NCBI GenBank assembly: GCA_965223265.1
Contig: OZ244999.1
Location: forward strand, 9,056,001 to 9,120,000
Length of the DNA stretch: 64,000 nt
Direction: 5' to 3'
DNA from: Planctomycetota bacterium
Lineage (GTDB): Bacteria; Planctomycetota; UBA8108; SXIK01
The position numbers and the translations under genes were made by a program. The notes beneath the pieces are model-generated. The model saw only the letters and a list, made by a program, of their open reading frames with translations. It did no database searches and was not told the origin of the DNA. Positions 38,941 through 48,812 of this stretch are shown here, in pieces. Every line of letters begins with the position of its first letter. Positions within the stretch are counted from its first letter, which is position 1.

Positions 38941-41900
38941 GAGCAAGCCTGTTTACCTTCTGCTGGTGCGTGGTCTCAATCGATACCAACGCCAGTTGAA
39001 CCGCGCGCTCTTGGAGCGACTCTGTCGTGAATTCGACAAGCGGCCACGCGTCGCAGATCTGCGGCGCGGGTCTAGGGACGCTTCACTTCTGGTCTACAGC
39101 CTCTTCGCATTTCTGCAGGCAAAGCTCAGCGAGACGTTGACGACACTTCAGGATCTCCGTCGGCGTTACAATGAGTTCGCGAAACGTATCGGGAGAGCCG
39201 CGACGCTCAATGAGCGTGAGCGGCAAGTCCTTGAGTTCTCCCGAGATCTTGGTGCCGATCGCAAGACACTTCGCGGTGACAAGAGGGCGTTGAGTCGGTA
39301 CTTCGATGGCGAGGCGGTTACGGATCGTTTCAAGCGCCGTTGTGGCGAAGCCGAGCGGATGCTCTGTTTCGCGCTCGACCGACTTGCCGTGATCGGTGAG
39401 ATCGCAATCAACAAGGAACTGAATCGTGCTAAGAAGAAGGATGCCTGGGAACGTCTTGGTATTGAAGAATTGCTGCAGCAGTTCTGGACATACGACGGCG
39501 ACGCACGTGTCCGCGTTGCGGCGTTTCGTTGTCTCTCGCGGCTGCTGTCGGCTTTACCTGAAGGGGAAAAACAGGGCTGCGTCGCACAGACGACGCTTCA
39601 GTTTATCTATCGATCAGCGATGCACCAGCGACAGAGTGTTTGGCTTCAGTGCGCCGCGCTATCGCTCCTTGAAAACGTCTCGGGGGATTCTCTCTTTCGC
39701 GTGCTGCGGCAGCGGCTTCACAACCCAGGCGACCAGGCGGACGATATCTTTGTCCGCAAGCATGCGGCGATCATGGCGGCTCGAAATGTCGGTCGACTTC
39801 CGTCGTTGATCACGACGATTGAGCAAGTGCTCCAAGACCCGAGCCCGTACGTCCGACAGGGTCTCGCGCGGTCTCTCGGGAAGTATCCGCATGTCGATTC
39901 GGTTGCAATTCTTTGCCCGCTCGTTCATGACGACAAGTGCCATCAAGTGCGTGCTGCCGCAGTCTTGGCCATTGGTGACATAGTGCTTGAAGCGCCGTTT
40001 CAGGAAGAGGCACTGCGCAGATTGATACAGTCCCTCCGGGAAGAGCAACATGAGTTTGTCCTGCGGACGGTTCTACAAGTTTGCCAAAATATGACACATG
40101 ATCTCGGTGGTGTCCTTCCTGTGGAATGGTGGTGGGAATTCTACGAAGATCTGGAGCGCTTGCATGTTTCGGCCGACAGTGTGTCGGTGCGGCGCTGGGC
40201 AGCGCAGGCGCGCGACGTGGTCTGGTCCCGGATCGAACCGGAGGCGATGGCGCTCAGTGCGATCTGCCACGACGCTCTGCGTGGACTTCGGACGGGAGCA
40301 ACTCATAGAGTTCCGGCGCGGCTCGTCGATACGTACGATGAAGAGTCTCTTGGCCGATCACTTGCGACGGCCGTGACGCTCGACCATGGACTGGATGTGC
40401 GCCGGATTTGGAACGGATACAGTGTTACTCGCGGACAGCTGTTTCAGTTTCGCTTGTGGCGATTTCTCTATGAGGTGCGACACGCGTCCCCCGACAAGAG
40501 ACAGGCGCACAGCCACATGGTCGGGAGATACTTTGACGGTGAGCTACGAATTCCGTCCACCGTCCTCGCAGAACTCGCCCAAACGAAGGTGCCTGGCGAA
40601 CCACTCTTTCTGCCGGAAGAGAGCGGTTGGCGACCCTACCTCCCCCTTGTCGATGACGTGATTGCGTCAGCCCAGCACAGGTTTCGAGGCCGTGCCACCA
40701 GAATTTATACGAGCGAGGGAATCACTACCGTTCAGCCTCCTTCTTCGCTCCTTCGACGCCTTGCCGCGCTCTACCGACTTTCTACTCGCTATCCAGAATA
40801 TGCTCGTTTGCGGAATTGGCGTGAAGGATCGCAGGTGAAAGCGGACGGGTATGTGAGGTCTCTCGAGGATCTTGGATTCTCGATTCAGATCAACCCCTAT
40901 CGAGGTCGCAAAGGACGTGGCGACACCCGTGTGGACCCGAAGGTAGAGAGGTTCTTTCCAGCGATATCGCTCGCTCCTCTGGTAGATCTCTGGTCCGAAC
41001 TGCGCGAGTATTTCTTTTCTGTTTTCGACAACTCGATTCAGGAGCTCATCCTTTTCTCGGGTGGGGTGTCAACTTACTTCGTTGGCAAACACATCCTCTC
41101 GAACGTAAGAATTCGTCGTAGTCGGAGCAGGATTCCACTGATCGTCGGTGGGTGGGGCACTCGCGGCAAGTCGGGTACAGAGAGACTCAAGGCGGCACTC
41201 TTCAGCGCACTTGGACATAGTATGGTGTCGAAAACGACCGGGTGCGAAGCGATGTTTCTGTACTCGCATGCGTTCGGGCAAACGAAGGAACTGTTTCTCT
41301 TTCGACCTTACGACAAAGCGACGATTTGGGAGCAGAGCAATCTTCTACGTCTGGCTTCCCAACTAGAAGGAGAGGTTTTTCTTTGGGAATGCATGGCTTT
41401 GACTCCCGCGTATGTGCGCATTCTTCAGCAGCGCTGGATGCAAGACGACATATCGACGATCACGAACACCTATCCCGATCATGAAGATCTTCAGGGACCC
41501 GCAGGCTTCAATATTCCCGAGGTGATGACGCTTTTCATCCCGCGCCGATCGACACTCATCACAACTGAAGAGGTTATGCTGCCGATTCTCTCGGAGGCTG
41601 CCAAGGACCAGGAAACCCGAGTGCAGCCTGTCACCTGGTTGGAGGCGGGTCTACTCACGGACGACGTTCTCGCTCGTTTTCCGTACGAGGAGCACCCGAA
41701 CAACATCGCCCTCGTCATGGCCCTCGCCGAGGAGCTCGGGGTCGATCCGGACTTCGCCCTCAAGGAGATGGCAGACCGGGTGGTTGCCGATCTCGGCGTA
41801 CTCAAGGTCTACCCCGTTTCCCGCGTAGAGGGTCGATATCTCGAGTTCACTAATGGCATGTCAGCCAACGAGCGTCACGGGTGTCTCGGCAACTGGACGC

Positions 41901-43165
41901 GACTCTCCTTTGACACTCAGGACGCCTACGAAAGTCCTGGCGTGTGGGTCACGACCGTCGTCAATAATCGCGCAGACCGTGTGCCGCGTTCACGCGTCTT
42001 TTCGCGCATTTTGGTTGAAGACGTCTCCGCTGACCTGCATTTTCTGATAGGCAACAACCTGAACGGGCTTGTTGGCTACATCGCGGAAGCCTGGGAGCAG
42101 TACCATTCCGAGTTTACGCTGTGGCCATCGGGTGCGTCTAATGAGATGGCTAAGAATAACTTCTTGGAGCAGGCACGTCGTTTACGAGTGCCTTGTGAAG
42201 AGAAGGATGTCCTCGACCGATTGCGCGCGATGATTCCCGCGGAACGTTTGACGGCTGAGGTGAAGAGCGATCTGGAGAGCATGTGGCGGCACCCGATCGA
42301 GCTTCGTGACCGGCTGGTGACCGGCGGCAAGGTGGATTACGTCGACGCAGTGATCAGTTGGCTCGAGAGACTCACAGAGCAGCTCGACGCACTGCGAGAC
42401 TGCGTCAAGAGAATTGAAACGGCGACCACTGATCGTGCACAAGTCGATCAGGACGCCGAGCGTTTGCTCTGGTCGTGGTTCAAATCTAAGCTTGTGGTCG
42501 TTGAAGACTACTACACACCAGGCGATCAATTAGTCTTTCGAATCGCTAGCGAGACGCCTCCGAACTACCGCAATCGCGTGCTCGGGATGCAAAACATCAA
42601 GGGCACGGGGCTGGATTTCGTCTATCGATGGCAGGCTTGGGACGCTTGCTACAAGGCGAGTCAGGACGCGGTAAGTAGTGATCCAGCAGTGGCGCAGCGA
42701 GGGGTGAATGCGTTGGCCGAATTCCACGATTGGGGGCTCCTCTGCGAGGATCGAATGCGACATGTTCTCAGCGAACTGGAGCGCGCGAAGGCTTCACAGA
42801 GTGAGGGCTTTCATGCTCAAGTGTCGCTGGTTGCCTCGGATTTCGAGCGGACGATTCGCAGTGTGCGGGATTCTCTAGGGAGCGGGACATCGGGGCAGAG
42901 TGGGATGTTCGCTTCCGTCGTCGCAACGCTCGAGGCGTTCTTCGATGCGGGAGACGCGGTGCGCAGACGAAAGATGGCAGATCGTATCTATCGGGATCTA
43001 GCCAACGAGCGCATCGGGTACGACCGAGCAGCTCAAGAGTTGCTCGCGATCATCAAACGGCAGAAGGGTGGTTGGCTCGCAAAGAGAATTCAGGGCTTCC
43101 ATGAATATAGTTCGAGAACGGTTAGGAAGCTTCTCGCCCAGATGAAGTCGTTAGGTTTTCGGTGA
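38921..43165 (+). CDS. HEAT-repeat protein fused to a CapB/PgsB-like poly-gamma-glutamate synthase (Mur-ligase fold)
   Basis: HEAT repeats (DARVRVAA, DPSPYVRQ, CHQVRAAA); GTRGKS P-loop, KTTG, ATIWEQ, ECMAL.P, ITNTYPDHEDLQGP, EHPNN, NGMSANE, NNRADRVPRS, MQNIKG. Confidence 0.85.
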   Translation: MPRKETESKPVYLLLVRGLNRYQRQLNRALLERLCREFDKRPRVADLRRGSRDASLLVYSLFAFLQAKLSETLTTLQDLRRRYNEFAKRIGRAATLNERERQVLEFSRDLGADRKTLRGDKRALSRYFDGEAVTDRFKRRCGEAERMLCFALDRLAVIGEIAINKELNRAKKKDAWERLGIEELLQQFWTYDGDARVRVAAFRCLSRLLSALPEGEKQGCVAQTTLQFIYRSAMHQRQSVWLQCAALSLLENVSGDSLFRVLRQRLHNPGDQADDIFVRKHAAIMAARNVGRLPSLITTIEQVLQDPSPYVRQGLARSLGKYPHVDSVAILCPLVHDDKCHQVRAAAVLAIGDIVLEAPFQEEALRRLIQSLREEQHEFVLRTVLQVCQNMTHDLGGVLPVEWWWEFYEDLERLHVSADSVSVRRWAAQARDVVWSRIEPEAMALSAICHDALRGLRTGATHRVPARLVDTYDEESLGRSLATAVTLDHGLDVRRIWNGYSVTRGQLFQFRLWRFLYEVRHASPDKRQAHSHMVGRYFDGELRIPSTVLAELAQTKVPGEPLFLPEESGWRPYLPLVDDVIASAQHRFRGRATRIYTSEGITTVQPPSSLLRRLAALYRLSTRYPEYARLRNWREGSQVKADGYVRSLEDLGFSIQINPYRGRKGRGDTRVDPKVERFFPAISLAPLVDLWSELREYFFSVFDNSIQELILFSGGVSTYFVGKHILSNVRIRRSRSRIPLIVGGWGTRGKSGTERLKAALFSALGHSMVSKTTGCEAMFLYSHAFGQTKELFLFRPYDKATIWEQSNLLRLASQLEGEVFLWECMALTPAYVRILQQRWMQDDISTITNTYPDHEDLQGPAGFNIPEVMTLFIPRRSTLITTEEVMLPILSEAAKDQETRVQPVTWLEAGLLTDDVLARFPYEEHPNNIALVMALAEELGVDPDFALKEMADRVVADLGVLKVYPVSRVEGRYLEFTNGMSANERHGCLGNWTRLSFDTQDAYESPGVWVTTVVNNRADRVPRSRVFSRILVEDVSADLHFLIGNNLNGLVGYIAEAWEQYHSEFTLWPSGASNEMAKNNFLEQARRLRVPCEEKDVLDRLRAMIPAERLTAEVKSDLESMWRHPIELRDRLVTGGKVDYVDAVISWLERLTEQLDALRDCVKRIETATTDRAQVDQDAERLLWSWFKSKLVVVEDYYTPGDQLVFRIASETPPNYRNRVLGMQNIKGTGLDFVYRWQAWDACYKASQDAVSSDPAVAQRGVNALAEFHDWGLLCEDRMRHVLSELERAKASQSEGFHAQVSLVASDFERTIRSVRDSLGSGTSGQSGMFASVVATLEAFFDAGDAVRRRKMADRIYRDLANERIGYDRAAQELLAIIKRQKGGWLAKRIQGFHEYSSRTVRKLLAQMKSLGFR

Positions 43166-43239
43166 GTTCAGCACCCAGCAGGCGCATGAGATCTCGGCTG
43201 CAGTTGTGAGGCGCCGGCTGTTTCGTCTGCCTGTAGTGT

Positions 43240-45390
43240 TTACGGACAGACGGCTTCGTCGATTTCCGGTGTCAGCGACTTGACCGAAAAGATAATGTCG
43301 GCGAAGTCATGGTTTGACCCTTTGACCAATGAGAGGTCCTCGAAGGCGAAGATTGCGAGTGGACCCGGTGTGACGACAACTTCACTCGCGCCGCTCGCCG
43401 TTCTACCGCGCGCGCTGACGAACGAGAGAGCTTGATCAAAGCCACCCGGATTCAGGGAGCGAAGAGTGAACAGCGGCTGGAGAGGGTGTGCTGGATTCGT
43501 TTGGTACTGTGCGAGGGAGCGATTCGGGACGATGAAAAACGCGACCGCGTGACCGCTCGGCGGCGTGACGTTGAATACGCTTTCGCCGGGGGCGATCTCG
43601 TCGCGGTCACACCCAGGACCACTGCCAAGGTCTTTCGTATTTGTGAAAACGTTTGTCGCAGACAGGGAAAGCAGAGCTTCTGCAGCGCTCGCCGGCGGTG
43701 ATTCCGCTGGAAACGTAAAATACCCTACGTCACTCGAGTAGCACGCTTCTTTGAACACGAACTCGACTTCGAACGAGTTGCCGGAAATGCCATCGAGTCC
43801 ATGCACTTCGACTCCATCTTCGTAGTCACCCGTGAGAAAATCATGTAGTTCGCTACTTCGGATGCGTTTCCCTTGCGGGTCTGTAAGATGGCTGCGCTGC
43901 GACACAGTGACAGAGTCCGATTGTAGTTCTGCGATCTCTTCGTTTGTAAGCGTCGGGAGAACGTCGCTCGAGATCACTCGAACTTCGAGCGTTTCCGAGA
44001 GGACCCGCTCAATGTCCCCCGAAAATGCTCGCAGGGTGACGTCGATTCTGTGGATGACGTTGCCATGTTCGTCCACGTCTCCGTTTGAACTCACCGGAAC
44101 AAGAGCCGAGAAGAATCCATCCGGCAAGAGCGAGACGTCGATGGGATCTGTGTCGAGTGTGAGGTTCTTGATGTCGACGCTAAGAAGGGAGGCGAGTGGC
44201 TTTCCGCAGATCGCGTCGCGTAGTTGGTCGATCTGTGAGATGTTTTCATAGTGGCCGCCGCCGCAGACCGCCACGCAGTGGGGAAGCGTAGTGCGTGGGC
44301 GGTTGGTGTCGGAGGCAGGAATGATCGAGAACGCGAAGAGCTGAGCTTCTACACTCCCGAGGGCTTCCGCTGCGGTCACCGCCGCTTCACGATCAGCGCT
44401 GCTCTGCGTTAGATTTGAATCGCTCGTATTACGTGGAATGCCGTGTGACGTTGGAATACCGTCGCTGAGAAAGAGGACTGTGCGGTAGGGATGCGGAATC
44501 TCAGGAGCCGGATCTTCCGAAGCGACCTCGCTGGCCGCATCACTCAAAGCGAGATCTTCGAACAGACCGCGTGCGACTCCCAAAGCGGCCTCGTAGTTTG
44601 TGCCACCGAATGGGGTGCCAAGGTTGCCGAGGGCAGCGAGCCAGTCGTCCTTGTCAGACGAGAACCCCTGAACGATGTCGGCGTTGTCGTTGAACTGGAC
44701 GATGGCGACTCGAGTTGCGCTTGGATCCAGATTGGAAAGGAGGCAGTGCGTTGCCTCGATTTCTGCTTCTAGCACTGAATCTATCTGACCGTCTTGATCG
44801 ACGTCGAAAGCATCTCGAGAGGTACTTCCGGAGCGGTCTAAGACGACAACCAAATCGAGCTGGTAACTCGCGGTGTTCGCGAGCCGCGCGTAGCCCTCCA
44901 CGAGAACACTTGGCGTCGCGCACGATGCGGAAACGGAGTGGAGCTTGCCGCTTTCGGGCGCGGTCACCGTGAGAGTGGGATCCAAGGATGACTCGAGAAG
45001 CTCGACGTTGAAACGTTCACCGCTTGCGACATCTAGCGGCAACTCAATCGGGTCGTATCCTGGCGCAACGACGCTGATGCTCCGCGTCGCCACCGCTCGC
45101 GCTGCGTGGAATGAGCTCGCCTCAGCGCCCGATTCTGTCGCCAGGCTGGGGTCGTTCACAAAGAACTTGCCAGATGCATCTGTGACCGTCGTCGACTCGA
45201 TTCCGTCGATCGATACGTGGGCGCCCGGAATCGGGTCGCCGTCGCCGTCGACGACAGTGCCGGCGTATTGCCCCAATTCTGGCGTTGAGGTAACGGGGCC
45301 GTTGTCTCCTCCGCCCCCGCCGCTACAGCCTGCCACTGCAAGAGTCAAAACGGTGGCGCAAAGAACATCGCGGCGACAACTGCGCATCAC
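43240..45390 (-). CDS. Lipoprotein with carboxypeptidase-regulatory-like, vWA and DUF4114-like domains
   Basis: AVAGC lipobox plus Gly linker; GTVVDGDGDPIPGA; MIDAS DRSGS/GGTNY/LSDG; C-terminal AFEDL...DFADIIF. Confidence 0.82.
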   Translation of the reverse strand: MMRSCRRDVLCATVLTLAVAGCSGGGGGDNGPVTSTPELGQYAGTVVDGDGDPIPGAHVSIDGIESTTVTDASGKFFVNDPSLATESGAEASSFHAARAVATRSISVVAPGYDPIELPLDVASGERFNVELLESSLDPTLTVTAPESGKLHSVSASCATPSVLVEGYARLANTASYQLDLVVVLDRSGSTSRDAFDVDQDGQIDSVLEAEIEATHCLLSNLDPSATRVAIVQFNDNADIVQGFSSDKDDWLAALGNLGTPFGGTNYEAALGVARGLFEDLALSDAASEVASEDPAPEIPHPYRTVLFLSDGIPTSHGIPRNTSDSNLTQSSADREAAVTAAEALGSVEAQLFAFSIIPASDTNRPRTTLPHCVAVCGGGHYENISQIDQLRDAICGKPLASLLSVDIKNLTLDTDPIDVSLLPDGFFSALVPVSSNGDVDEHGNVIHRIDVTLRAFSGDIERVLSETLEVRVISSDVLPTLTNEEIAELQSDSVTVSQRSHLTDPQGKRIRSSELHDFLTGDYEDGVEVHGLDGISGNSFEVEFVFKEACYSSDVGYFTFPAESPPASAAEALLSLSATNVFTNTKDLGSGPGCDRDEIAPGESVFNVTPPSGHAVAFFIVPNRSLAQYQTNPAHPLQPLFTLRSLNPGGFDQALSFVSARGRTASGASEVVVTPGPLAIFAFEDLSLVKGSNHDFADIIFSVKSLTPEIDEAVCP

Positions 45391-45466
45391 ACCTCCTCAC
45401 GCACGGCGCATTCGAGCCGACGTCAGAAGGATAGGATGGGTTTCCGGAACGCGCAAACGTGCACGC

Positions 45467-46720
45467 CTATCGTCCCGCACGGCAGATTTCGAGCCAGGCC
45501 GCTGCGGCGCACGTTTTTTTGGGAGCCAGGAGCGGAATAACCCGGCGAGAAACTGGCGCTCCCACCTCCTTTCCGAAGGCGAGCCGGACGCTGTCGACTC
45601 CGTCCGGAGCGTACTTCTGTGCAAATGCGCGTGCAACGCATCCGAACGTCAGGCGCGCATTGATCTCTCCGAGCGGCATCAGTCGAGTGCAGCCGTCGTC
45701 GGTGTGGTAGCGCCACGCGTCGATACCGAAGGGGCCGCGATAGCCAGCATCGTGCAGTCGATGACCGACGGTCGCGGCGGATTCGCGCAAAGTCGATCGC
45801 TCCTCCTCCGACGCCGCCTCAGTGTCTCTGGTGGCGACCAATTCGATCGCCTGCAGTTGGCCCCGAGGACTGACGATTTGCCGGTGAATGCTGAACAACT
45901 CGATGCGATTCTCGGTGACGACTCCGCAGATGCCGAAGTCGACGCTCCGGCGCATCCACGGTTCAAAGACGAGCTCGCCGCAGTTTTCGAGCAAGCGCTC
46001 AATACGTCGCGCCGACTCATTTTCGAGAGCGTGGCCGCGCCCGCGCAGTCGGTCTCTGCCGGCGGTGGAGAATGCTGCTTTCACGACCCACTCGCGGTGT
46101 CGAGAGATTCTGTCCGGGCCGGATTTCAGATGGTTGGAGAGTTCCGCGAGAGTACGAATCAGCCTCGTGCCCGGCAGTCCGATGCCCAACTCGTCGGCGA
46201 GGCGAACCGCGAATCCACGGTGCTGCACTCGCGCGACGACTTCCGGTGGTGCTGCGGGGCAGTTCCAAACGAGTTTGCTGATGTCCTCGCTTGAGTTGCC
46301 GACGCTCGGCGCCGCCGCGGGAGCCTCCAGAGAGGTCGCGTCCCCCTGGGCATTGCTCGCTGGAGCAGTGTTTGCCGTCTCCACATGCTTTGAGACGCCG
46401 CAAAGCGGCGCGGTTCTCGCCGTCATTCCCCACGCAGTGGTTTTCGCTGCCGGAACCAGATCGTCGAACGGCTCACACTCGAGGATTGGTCGTGCCAGAG
46501 AGGGCGCCGGCAGGACGCAGCTGGGGTGGACTTTCTCGGCGGTCCAAAGGCGATCGGCGTCGCTTGAGAGGAAGACCCGAAGAAGCGTCGCGTAGGCCGA
46601 GATGCGGTCGACAACGTGCCGCGGCAATTTCACCTGGTTCGTCAGGCTCGATGCCGTCGACGACGTCTGCGTGCGCAACTCGATTTCGAACTCCAAGTTG
46701 CCGAGGATGCGACGGCTCAC
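45467..46720 (-). CDS. ATP-grasp-fold protein
   Basis: AWG, WVVKAAFSTAGRDR, VFEPW, GYRGPFGIDA, EINARLTFG; starts 3 nt after the DUF455 stop. Confidence 0.75.
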   Translation of the reverse strand: MSRRILGNLEFEIELRTQTSSTASSLTNQVKLPRHVVDRISAYATLLRVFLSSDADRLWTAEKVHPSCVLPAPSLARPILECEPFDDLVPAAKTTAWGMTARTAPLCGVSKHVETANTAPASNAQGDATSLEAPAAAPSVGNSSEDISKLVWNCPAAPPEVVARVQHRGFAVRLADELGIGLPGTRLIRTLAELSNHLKSGPDRISRHREWVVKAAFSTAGRDRLRGRGHALENESARRIERLLENCGELVFEPWMRRSVDFGICGVVTENRIELFSIHRQIVSPRGQLQAIELVATRDTEAASEEERSTLRESAATVGHRLHDAGYRGPFGIDAWRYHTDDGCTRLMPLGEINARLTFGCVARAFAQKYAPDGVDSVRLAFGKEVGAPVSRRVIPLLAPKKTCAAAAWLEICRAGR

Positions 46721-46723
46721 GAT

Positions 46724-47551
46724 CTACTCGCGCGACTCTTTCTTCGAGCTAGAGTGGAGGTCGTGTCTCCGGTCCGACGTCCGGAGCGCTTCGACGAACT
46801 CGTCGTCGAGCCCGGCGGCTCTGCGACCCTCCGAATGGAAAGTCGTACCTCGAGCCAGTGAGAGTCTAAGTGGCCAGGCTACGTTTTCCTTGTAGGTGTC
46901 CAATGGAGACCGGTCTCTGTCCTTGAGTCTCAGAAGCCACGTCCACCCGAAGCGTACGTGTTCGATTTCGTCTGCATGAATCTGCTGAAAGAGAGCAGAC
47001 GATCCAGCATCGTCGGCCTCCTCAGCCGCGGCGGCGTACTCAAGGCTGTGGTCCAAATTCGCGTTTTCGAACGTTAGAGACATCGCGCAGACAAATTCGA
47101 TCGGCGTGTGGACGTGTTCGATCTTGTTCCAAAAATATCCCGTGACAGGGTAGTCGCCAAGGTGTCGGCCGAAATGATTCAGCCTCGCGATGTACATGCG
47201 GCAGTGTCGCTGTTCGTCGAAGAGCACACGGACGAGCCCGCTACGAAATTCCACCGGCGCGCTGGGGAAGGCCAGCAAGGCCCAGGCGAAGAGCTCAGCG
47301 GCTTGAAGCTCATGATTGGCCAGAGCGTGCAGTATCTTCGCACGCTGTCCAACGTGCTGCATGCCGGCGAGCGATGGGACTCTAGTGCGCTGTCCGGCGC
47401 TCGCAATCATCAAGTTCGACGGGCGGCCCGGCGTCGCGATGCGCAGCGGGGTTCCAGGGTCGTTATCGGTCAATGGAGTTTTCGGACCCGAAAGCTTCTC
47501 TTCGAGATTGTCGCACTCGATGACGTGACGAGCAAACGAGCGAACTTCCAT
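46724..47551 (-). CDS. Ferritin-like diiron protein, DUF455 family
   Basis: PGRP, LHALANHELQA, DEQRH, FENANLD, DEIEHVRFG; start placed at ATG 47551. Confidence 0.85.
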   Translation of the reverse strand: MEVRSFARHVIECDNLEEKLSGPKTPLTDNDPGTPLRIATPGRPSNLMIASAGQRTRVPSLAGMQHVGQRAKILHALANHELQAAELFAWALLAFPSAPVEFRSGLVRVLFDEQRHCRMYIARLNHFGRHLGDYPVTGYFWNKIEHVHTPIEFVCAMSLTFENANLDHSLEYAAAAEEADDAGSSALFQQIHADEIEHVRFGWTWLLRLKDRDRSPLDTYKENVAWPLRLSLARGTTFHSEGRRAAGLDDEFVEALRTSDRRHDLHSSSKKESRE

Positions 47552-47833
47552 TCTGTAGGCACTTTGCGAGTTGTGTGAATGATTCGTGAAGAGGCATCCG
47601 GCGCGATGCCTTTGCCTCAGCAATCCCCCGAGAAGCCCGATTCTCGGGGGAGATGTTACTCTTCGAAGCGTATGCAGTTCGCCTGAAAAAATGTGTTCGT
47701 TTTGAAACCCCTTGGTTCGCGGCACGGCATCGCCACCGGAGATCACGGTTGGCGTAATGGCGGATGACCGGGGCCGGCGTAGCGGTCGGCCATCGCTCCA
47801 CGACCACGTAGGGAATCATCGTCGAGGTGGAAT

Positions 47834-48244
47834 ATGTGCCCCAGCTGCGGCAAGCCACTGATAGCCCTCGAGTTTGAAGGAATCGAGATCGATCACTGCA
47901 CGTCTTGTCTGGGCACGTGGCTCGATGCCGGCGAGCTCGAGGACATGACGCGACTTGCGGGAGTGGAGCCAGGTGAGCTCTCACGAGCTATGGACACGGC
48001 AGTCAGCCATCGCCGCGGGGACAAAAAGTGTCCGCGTTGCGAGCGTCGGCTCGACTTGATCGCCGTGCATGAGGGCGCCGAGATCGAGCTCGATCGATGC
48101 CCGCATGGACACGGGCTCTGGTTTGACCAGGGAGAGTTGAAGGAAATCATCTCGACGGCCGCGGGAGACGAAGAAGCTTCGGTGGCTCGTTTCTTCGCTG
48201 AAATCTATAGATCTGAACTCACAGTCCACGACAGAGGAGAATGA
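47834..48244 (+). CDS. Tandem zf-TFIIB zinc-ribbon protein
   Basis: CPSC...EIDHCTSCLGTWLDAGEL and CPRC...LDRCPHGHGLWFDQGEL. Confidence 0.88.
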   Translation: MCPSCGKPLIALEFEGIEIDHCTSCLGTWLDAGELEDMTRLAGVEPGELSRAMDTAVSHRRGDKKCPRCERRLDLIAVHEGAEIELDRCPHGHGLWFDQGELKEIISTAAGDEEASVARFFAEIYRSELTVHDRGE

Positions 48245-48245
48245 A

Positions 48246-48812
48246 ATGGACGGAACTCTCATCGGTATTCTAGTCTTCGTTGCGTTCGTCGTCGCGCTCA
48301 TGGCTTGGTTCGTCCTTGACTACAACACGATCATCAAGCTGCGCAACCACCTCAAGAACGCATGGTCGCAAATTGACGTGCAACTCAAGCGTCGACATGA
48401 CCTCATTCCCAATCTCGTGGAAACAGTCAAAGGTTACGCCTCACACGAGAAAGAGACCCTGGAGAACGTCATAAAGGCTCGTGCCAGCGCCACGCAGGCA
48501 ACCGGAGTCGCGGATCAGTCCAAAGCTGAGAGCGCTCTCGGTAATGCGCTGGGTCGTCTTCTCATGGTCGCCGAGTCCTACCCGGACCTGCAGGCAAACG
48601 AGAACTTTCTCGCCCTTCAGGAAGAGTTGACTTCTACGGAGAACAAGATCGGTTTCTCCCGGCAACACTTCAACGACAGCGTCATGCGCTTCAACACCAA
48701 GATCCAAAGCATTCCATCGAACATCATCGCTGGCGTCTTTGGTTTCAAAGACGAAAAGTTCTTCGAACTCGAGGATCAGAAGGAGCGCGAGTCTCCGAAG
48801 GTTGCCTTCTAG
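48246..48812 (+). CDS. lemA: LemA family protein
   Basis: AWSQIDVQLKRRHDLIPNLVETVKGYASHE, AESYPDLQANENFLALQEELTSTENKI. Confidence 0.96.
   Translation: MDGTLIGILVFVAFVVALMAWFVLDYNTIIKLRNHLKNAWSQIDVQLKRRHDLIPNLVETVKGYASHEKETLENVIKARASATQATGVADQSKAESALGNALGRLLMVAESYPDLQANENFLALQEELTSTENKIGFSRQHFNDSVMRFNTKIQSIPSNIIAGVFGFKDEKFFELEDQKERESPKVAF

Noticed and set aside
38921-43165. Cyanophycin synthetase or peptidoglycan Mur ligase
   Set aside because: No ATP-grasp domain; motifs (GTRGKS, KTTG, ECMA, ANE, RADR) and the CapC neighbour fit CapB.
16550-45390. Horizontally acquired island
   Set aside because: Codon usage looks less GC-biased by eye, but this could not be quantified, and no integrase, tRNA or flanking direct repeats were found.
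44945-46294. 449-aa plus-strand ORF
   Set aside because: Antisense to the vWA and ATP-grasp genes, with no recognisable motifs.
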